Shown: positions 57,547 through 64,000 of the stretch, in pieces
Position numbering within the stretch: the first letter of the stretch is position 1
Layout: each line of letters starts with the position of its first letter
NCBI GenBank assembly: GCA_951406725.2
Contig: OX597835.1
Location: 3,410,001 to 3,474,000, forward strand
Source: Octopus vulgaris
Taxonomy: Eukaryota
Direction: 5' to 3'
Length of the DNA stretch: 64,000 nt
Translations under genes and position numbers: made by a program
Notes under the pieces: model-generated
Told to the model about the DNA's origin: nothing
The model's input: only the letters and a program-made list of their open reading frames with translations
Database searches by the model: none

Positions 57547-58749
57547 GTTATCTATGCCCGTTACTGATATGTTTAAAAGTTTTTGAAAAGTGTATTGATA
57601 AGCTTAAGATTGTTTCTCACTTATTTGGAGAATCGTTATCCAATTCAAATATACAACAAAAACAAACTCTTTATATTTAAATTTAAATAAAAAATGCATT
57701 TAAAGATATGAACATATTTTAATGATATTAAAAGTGTTTTGATAAAAACTGCTTGAGCTTGTTTCTCATTTGTTTGTAGAATTTATATCCAATTCAAATC
57801 ATCATCATCATCATCATCATCGTTTAACGTCCGCTTTCCATGCTAGCATGGGTTGGACGGTTCAACTGGGGTCTGGGAAGCCCGAAGGCTGCACCAGGCC
57901 AGTCAGATCTGGCAGTGTTTCTACGGCTGGATGCCCTTCCTAACGCCAACCACTCCGTGAGTGTAGTGGGTGCTTTTGATGTGCCACCGACACAGGTGCC
58001 AGACGAGGCTGGCGAACGGCCACGCTCGGATGGTGTTTTTTATGTGCCCACAGCATGGAGGCCAAATATAAAACAAAAACAATTACACTCTTTATATTTG
58101 AGTTTAAAACAAAAACAGACTAAAAGATAGGAACATATTTTAATGATATTAATATACTATAACGGATATGAAAACTATAAAAAGTATTGTTAAAAAAAAA
58201 AAAAGAAACAACTCTGAACAAATAAAAGAAAAGATCTCTCAAAGTAAACTGTTTTCTAATGTGTGTACATCAGTGAAGGCACATGACTCAGTGATTTGAG
58301 CATTGAGCTCACAATCATGAGGTAGTGAGTTCGATTCCTGGACCAGGATGTGTGTTGTGTTCTTGAGCAAGACACTTAATTTCACATTGATCCAGTTCAC
58401 TCAGCTGTTGAAATGAGTTGCAACATCACTAGTGCCAAGCTGTATCGGCCCCTTTTGCCGTTCCCTTGGACAACATTGGTGGCTTGGAGAGGAAAGGCCG
58501 GTATGCATGGGTGACTGCTGGTCTTCCATAAACAACCTTGCCTGAACTTCTGCCTCAGAGGGTAACTTTCTAGATGCAATCCCATGGTCATTCATTTTGC
58601 TCTTTTACATCAGCTTCAGTTTGTATCAGACATCTAAAAAAGAAGTGTAACAGGATGAGAGATTCCCGCACTGGATGGGGGCTGCTCGCATCCTTTACAT
58701 TAAATATTAATCGATGAAAGAGTCAAGATTTTCCGTTAACTTCAACAGT

Positions 58750-59083
58750 ATAAACATTTATTCTTTGATTTGCAATATGAACATTTCCTTCCTCTGAGCG
58801 AATCGGCAACCTTGGAGCTTATCTGCAGTAGTCAAGAGGAGTGAGTCAATCCTGCCGGTTCAAGCATAGCGGAGATGCACCACGAGGTAGCAGCTCGAGA
58901 GAGCTGATGCAGACACATCTGTCTTGTTCAGCTGCTGGCGTCCAAGAGAGCGATACAAGAGAATTTCGATGCTATTAGTTTTCTGCACATGCACATGAGG
59001 GAACTTCCGGCAGGCCTTCCGGAAAATACCAACCCTGTGCATGCGTGCTGGAGATTTCCAAGATGGCATCGCTACAGAAGCTA
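58750..59083 (-). other. Possible terminal exon of the same - strand gene, convergent with LRRC27
   Basis: Very strong acceptor (t)12ccctctttcag|, unique sequence, and - strand AATAAA near 58757. Confidence 0.35.
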
Positions 59084-59515
59084 CTGAAAGAGGGAAAAAA
59101 AAAAAGGCATCTAGCAGGATAATGTGATGAAGCAGGTTTTCTTTGAGTTATGCTCGTCTGGCACCTGTGCCGGTGGCACGTAAAAAGCACCCACTACACT
59201 CATGGAGTGGTTGGCGTTAGGAAGGGCATCCAGCCGTAGAAACATTGCCAGATCAAACTGGGCCTGGTGCAGCCTTCTGGCTTCCCAGACCCCAGTTGAA
59301 TCGTCCAACCCATGCTAGCATGGAAAGCGGACGCTAAACGACGACGACGATGATGATGATGATGATGTTAGTCCAACTATTTTGGAGTTTTATGACAGTA
59401 CTTGAGGGGTGCACTGCCAACTTTCAGGATGTTGTTCTCTTTGTTTTTCAACATTATGGTTTATATATTTGTAGCATAGACTCGGGTGAAATTCCTCTCT
59501 CCCATTTATTATATA

Positions 59516-59882
59516 CTAGCACTATTATATACTAGAACGCTGGGTCATAGTGCTAGTCCATGCATATACAACTGCGTGTGTGCGCACATACACGTGAGTA
59601 CTGTCCAAATCTCCGACCAATCACATACAGCTAGCTGGCATTCAATTGGCGTATCAAGTTTCGGGCATTTTGATTGGGTTTTGGATAGAAAATTCACATA
59701 AAAGTCACTTGTATTGATTTTTTTAATGGCTTTGCAGGGTGACTGGGGAAATGTAAAGATATGCACGACCACCCTTGGACGGTTTTGAATGACCATAGAA
59801 AGTGCGAGCCCTCTAACTGAAAAATTGTGGATTTGTATAAAGGACACACACACAGACATTTTGCCATTTATATATATAGAGA
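59516..59882 (-). mobile_element. Non-autonomous Helitron-like element (copy of 10081-10452)
   Basis: Visibly near-collinear with 10081-10452. Confidence 0.7.
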
Positions 59883-60622
59883 TATGTGCATTTGAATGTA
59901 ACAGGGAATGGCTAGCCTTTGGCCACTATTTGGATCACATTGTGTCCAGTAGTCTGATTGGTTAGTATTGGCACAATTTGCCTCCCCGATTGTGCCAACT
60001 TGTCACGGATAACCAGTCAGAGGCTCTGAATAGGATCACGTGGGACAGCTTGTTTACTCCCCTGTTTTAGCCTACAGCTCCTTCTAAAAACTCAGCTTTT
60101 CCTCGTTCTGGTGTCTTTGGCTCCAGACCCTTGAAGCTGTAGCCACTGACCACAAAGACACAGCCAGTTCCAGCGACAACAATCACTACCGCAGCAGCTA
60201 TGTTGAGGCCAACTGCGTCACCATGACATTCAATGACCCTCCTTCTTCATCGCCACCATCATGTCCTTCTTAACGTCGTCAACATCATCTCTTTACGTAC
60301 ACAGCTCACCAAGCAATGCACTCAGGTTCTATCGGTTCACTGCTTGTGAATTATTTCACTACAGATCAACAGTGAATTTACGACCTGCATAAACTCCGCT
60401 TTTAATTCTCTTTCTCTTTTACTTGTTTCAGTCATTTGACTGTGGCCATGCTGGAGCACCGCCTTTAGTCGAGCAAGTTGACTCCAGGACTTATTCTTTG
60501 TAAGCCTAGTACTTATTCTATCAGTCTGTTTTGCCGAACCGCTACGTTATGGAGACGTAAACACACCGACATCAGTTGTCAAGCGATGTTGGAGGGACAA
60601 ACACAAACACACACACACACAT

Positions 60623-60663
<41 letters not shown>

Positions 60664-61279
60664 TACGACGGGCATCTTTCAGTTTCCGTCTACCAAATCC
60701 ACTCACAAGGCTTTGGTTGGCCCGAGGCTATAGTAGAAAACACTTGCCCAAGGTGCCATGCAGTGGGACTGAACCCAGAACCATGTGGTTGGTAAGCAAG
60801 CTACTTACCACACAGCCACTCCTGCGCCTAGGAAATTTCATTAAAAAATATCACCTTTCCTGAAAGTTACCAGGTAAAAGAGCTGACTTGTGTGAAGTTT
60901 ATGAAACTGCTCTCCCACCACTCAGGTAAGAAATTTTTTTCTTAATAAATTCTGATATATTTGGAATCTAACCATCTGAAGTGTATTTGTTGAAAGTTTC
61001 ATAAGATATCAGTTTTTCTGGAAGTTATGAGGCAACAAAGTCGGTGGTGGTGTGTGTGTGTGTGTGGGGGACTCACGTGCAGGTATGTCTATATATATAT
61101 ATATATATATTTATATAAATAAGGATAAGATGGTTATTTAAATATCGATCTTATCATGTGGCCAGCATGAGAATAAAAACCGTCAAAGGTAATAATTATT
61201 ATTAAAATTATAATTTAGGGTATCTAATTGATACCACCACGCTGGAAATAGCAGCCAAAACTTGACTCTAAAACCTGAC

Positions 61280-61312
<33 letters not shown>

Positions 61313-62223
61313 GGATGGATGGATAGATAGATAGACAGACAGACAGACGGACGGATGGATGGATGGATGGATGGATAGACAGACTGACATATAGCTAGCT
61401 AGCTATCTGTCTATAAATATTTGCGTATATATGTACGTACATATTTGTGTATAATTATGATAACAACATCAAAATAATAATAATTATTATTATTAGATTT
61501 ATGGTTATTAATACTTCATGAAATTTATGAACGAAAAGAAGTAAGAAAGAACCTAGAAACGTAGGAAGTCTTTACCAAAACATCCCAATTATGCTCCTCA
61601 GATAATCTATACATGCTCCACCCTAATTCCACTTACACCGTTTCACTGTGGAGCTGATTAGATTTCATTGCTTCGTATTATGTCCGAACAAAGTAAGAAG
61701 TTTTTTTTCATTTTATTTACAAAAGATTCGTTTTTATCTTTCTGTTTTAATTAGCATTGTTGAGTAATTAGATTTTCCATGTCTTTTTCTTTTTCTTTAG
61801 ATTTTTGGAGGTGGTTCTTTGAACATGTGGGGGGGCATCTTTAGGGTTTATTTACCTTGAAAGTCTGCGAAGAAATCTCGACGGGGTTGTTGTTTAGAAA
61901 ATGGGATTGCATTCCTTAATCTGCATCTAACTGTTAAAAATGGTAGCTACGTCTTCGAATGTAAGCACGCAGCCATGTCTGTCTGTCTGTCTCCTACACT
62001 CATTCACAGACACGTGTTTATGTATGAACACACACACATATATACACATGTATGTATATGTTTGCATATCATGTCTGGTACCAACGGAGCATCACACACG
62101 AATAAAAGTTTCTGTGTACCGTGTGTGTGTGTCTGTCTGTCTGTCGATGTCGCTCTTTTACTCAGATAAGATCAGGGTCAGCCCTGGGGTCGTTGGCGCC
62201 CCGGCCAAGCTAAACTTCGGCGT

Positions 62224-62517
62224 TCACAAGCTGACAGTCCTGGGAATTTCCTTGTCTTTGTCACGCTCTCCTTGGCGACTGCCCGAGTTGCTGGTACCTT
62301 GAGCCCGCTCTGGGTAAGCTAGGGACCCTTTACAGGCATGTAAGGGTCCTTGAACGTCTCCATCAGTGTCTGAGACACATTCCGAATGTTGGTCGTCCCT
62401 GCGGACTCCAGACATAGGGCTGTTAGGTGGAGCCAATGTGCTGTGCATCAAAGCGATGGTGTATAGGCACCGTTTATGTTGGACTGGACGGACACCTTGA
62501 TCAGATGAATGGCTAGG
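62224..62517 (-). other. Probable 3' exon of an unidentified - strand gene extending beyond the window
   Basis: Acceptor tttatgcgtccttttcaag| followed by unique, GC-richer sequence. One frame gives LAIHLIKVSVQSNINGAYTPSL*; another is open for 98 codons. Confidence 0.4.
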
Positions 62518-64000
62518 CTTGAAAAGGACGCATAAATATTAAAAATAAAAAATATATATTTTAAATTTGTCTACGGCAAACGTTTTGAATATGCAAATAA
62601 AGCTTCTATTCCATTATGCTGGCCTCAGTCTAATGATGCTGACTGGTTTTTGGGGTTGCATCAAGTTGTACCAATATGATGTAGGATAAAGTATAGTAAG
62701 AAAAACAATAACCCTTGGATGGAATTCCTAAACATTTAATGCATTTCTATGCACATTTTCACGAATCACACGTCCCCTAAGGTCACAGTCCAGAAATAAT
62801 TAAATGGTCACCTTAAGAAAGTATCATTTATCAATTCAGACAATGAACGCCACTGCTAGTACCGCCTGACTGGCCCTCGTCCCGGTGGCATGTAAAAGCA
62901 TCCACTATACTCTCGGAGTGGTTGGCATTAGGAAGGGCATCCAGCTGTAGAAACTCTGCCAGATCAGACTGGAGTCTGGTGCAGCCATCTGGTTCACCAG
63001 ACCTCAGTCAAATCGTCCAACCCATGCTGGCATGGAAAGCGGATGTTAAACGATGATGATGATGATGAACTCCAACAACTGATGGCAGTAGTGGCTGTAC
63101 CGGCTGACCTGTTTACTTCAGTTTTCATTGAAGATAGCCATGCCTTAAATGACCAACCATCCCCGACACCTGCAGATTGAATAGCAAAATAAGTGCAACA
63201 CCACTGCACACACCTCCATCTCCGTATACCTACCATTCCTCTCCTCTCTTTCCATCACCTTCCCCTCTTCCCCACCAAATACCTACATAACTCAGTCAAC
63301 CTTCACACTACATAAAACGGATAAACAGCCCCCTGTCAAACATCCATTAATGTTATATCACCTGAAGAAATGAATCCATGAAGATGATCTACCTGATGCC
63401 CACGGATACTACAGACTACGTTGTAATCATTCCAGGAATATGGACTATGATCTTAAGAAACACTTGATTTGTGGAAATGCGTGTAGTGATGCATTAAGTG
63501 TTTATAAATTCCATTCAAGGATTTTTGTTATTATTATTATTATTATCAAAAAATAAGGGAAGGACAAAAACTTCATGTATCACATGACTGAAATGTTTGC
63601 CTGTTTCCCATTTATTCAGCAGTACCAAAGTGTCCGGTATGTGATGAAACGGAGTTTGAAAATATCGATGGAATGTATTACTGTTTGACCTGCTGTAGTC
63701 AAATACCGGTAAGTTACTTAATGGTGTTACCATTTTCATTTTATTAAAGCAGTTGGTTTGTAGAATTGTTAGAACATTAAACAAAATACCTGGCAGGATT
63801 TAGTTACAACTCTTTACATTTTGAGTTCAAATCCTGCCATGGTCAAGAAACATTAAATGTTGCTGCTGCTGATGATGATGATATTCACTTCTTCACCCAT
63901 TCCCTATCTCTCACTTCCCCATACCCTCTCACCCTCTCTGCTCATCCACATGTCCAGTTATTCTTTCCCCATTCACTTCTCTTCACCTTGTACCTTGAGA

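Noticed and set aside
63355-63395. CTGAAGA...GAAG hammerhead-like string (also CTGATGA at 18119 and CTGAAGA at 4160)
   Set aside because: No convincing stem I/III, or GAAA is not correctly placed.

Overview
AT-rich, microsatellite- and SINE-dense metazoan genomic DNA. The repeat landscape fits an octopus (coleoid cephalopod); this is an inference. Two spliced protein genes could be reconstructed by hand. On the - strand is GCLM (glutamate-cysteine ligase modifier subunit): six coding exons from 22007 down to 2736, with the last exon probably off the left edge. On the + strand is an LRRC27-like leucine-rich-repeat gene: ten coding exons, 41947-57546, about 506 aa. Candidate 3' exons of a third, unidentified - strand gene lie at 58.7-63.7 kb. 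Between the genes is an apparently intact CR1/L2-group LINE (ORF1 with Myb/SANT-like and CCCH zinc-finger motifs; ORF2 with APE endonuclease and RT). The most interesting signals are: (1) ORF2 has no AUG before its first endonuclease motif, overlaps ORF1 in the -1 frame, and a canonical A AAU UUU slippery site lies in the overlap; (2) the LINE 3' hairpin and tail are shared, with a compensatory base-pair change, with an abundant SINE family; (3) about seven minimal Penelope-type hammerhead ribozyme motifs, nearly all antisense to the host pre-mRNA, one of them fused behind a tRNA-like SINE head; (4) a GGC-ended MITE with an unusually long 24-bp target duplication; (5) a candidate alternative first exon and tandem Nrf2-type AREs in GCLM intron 1. 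All coordinates were counted by eye and no searches were run.
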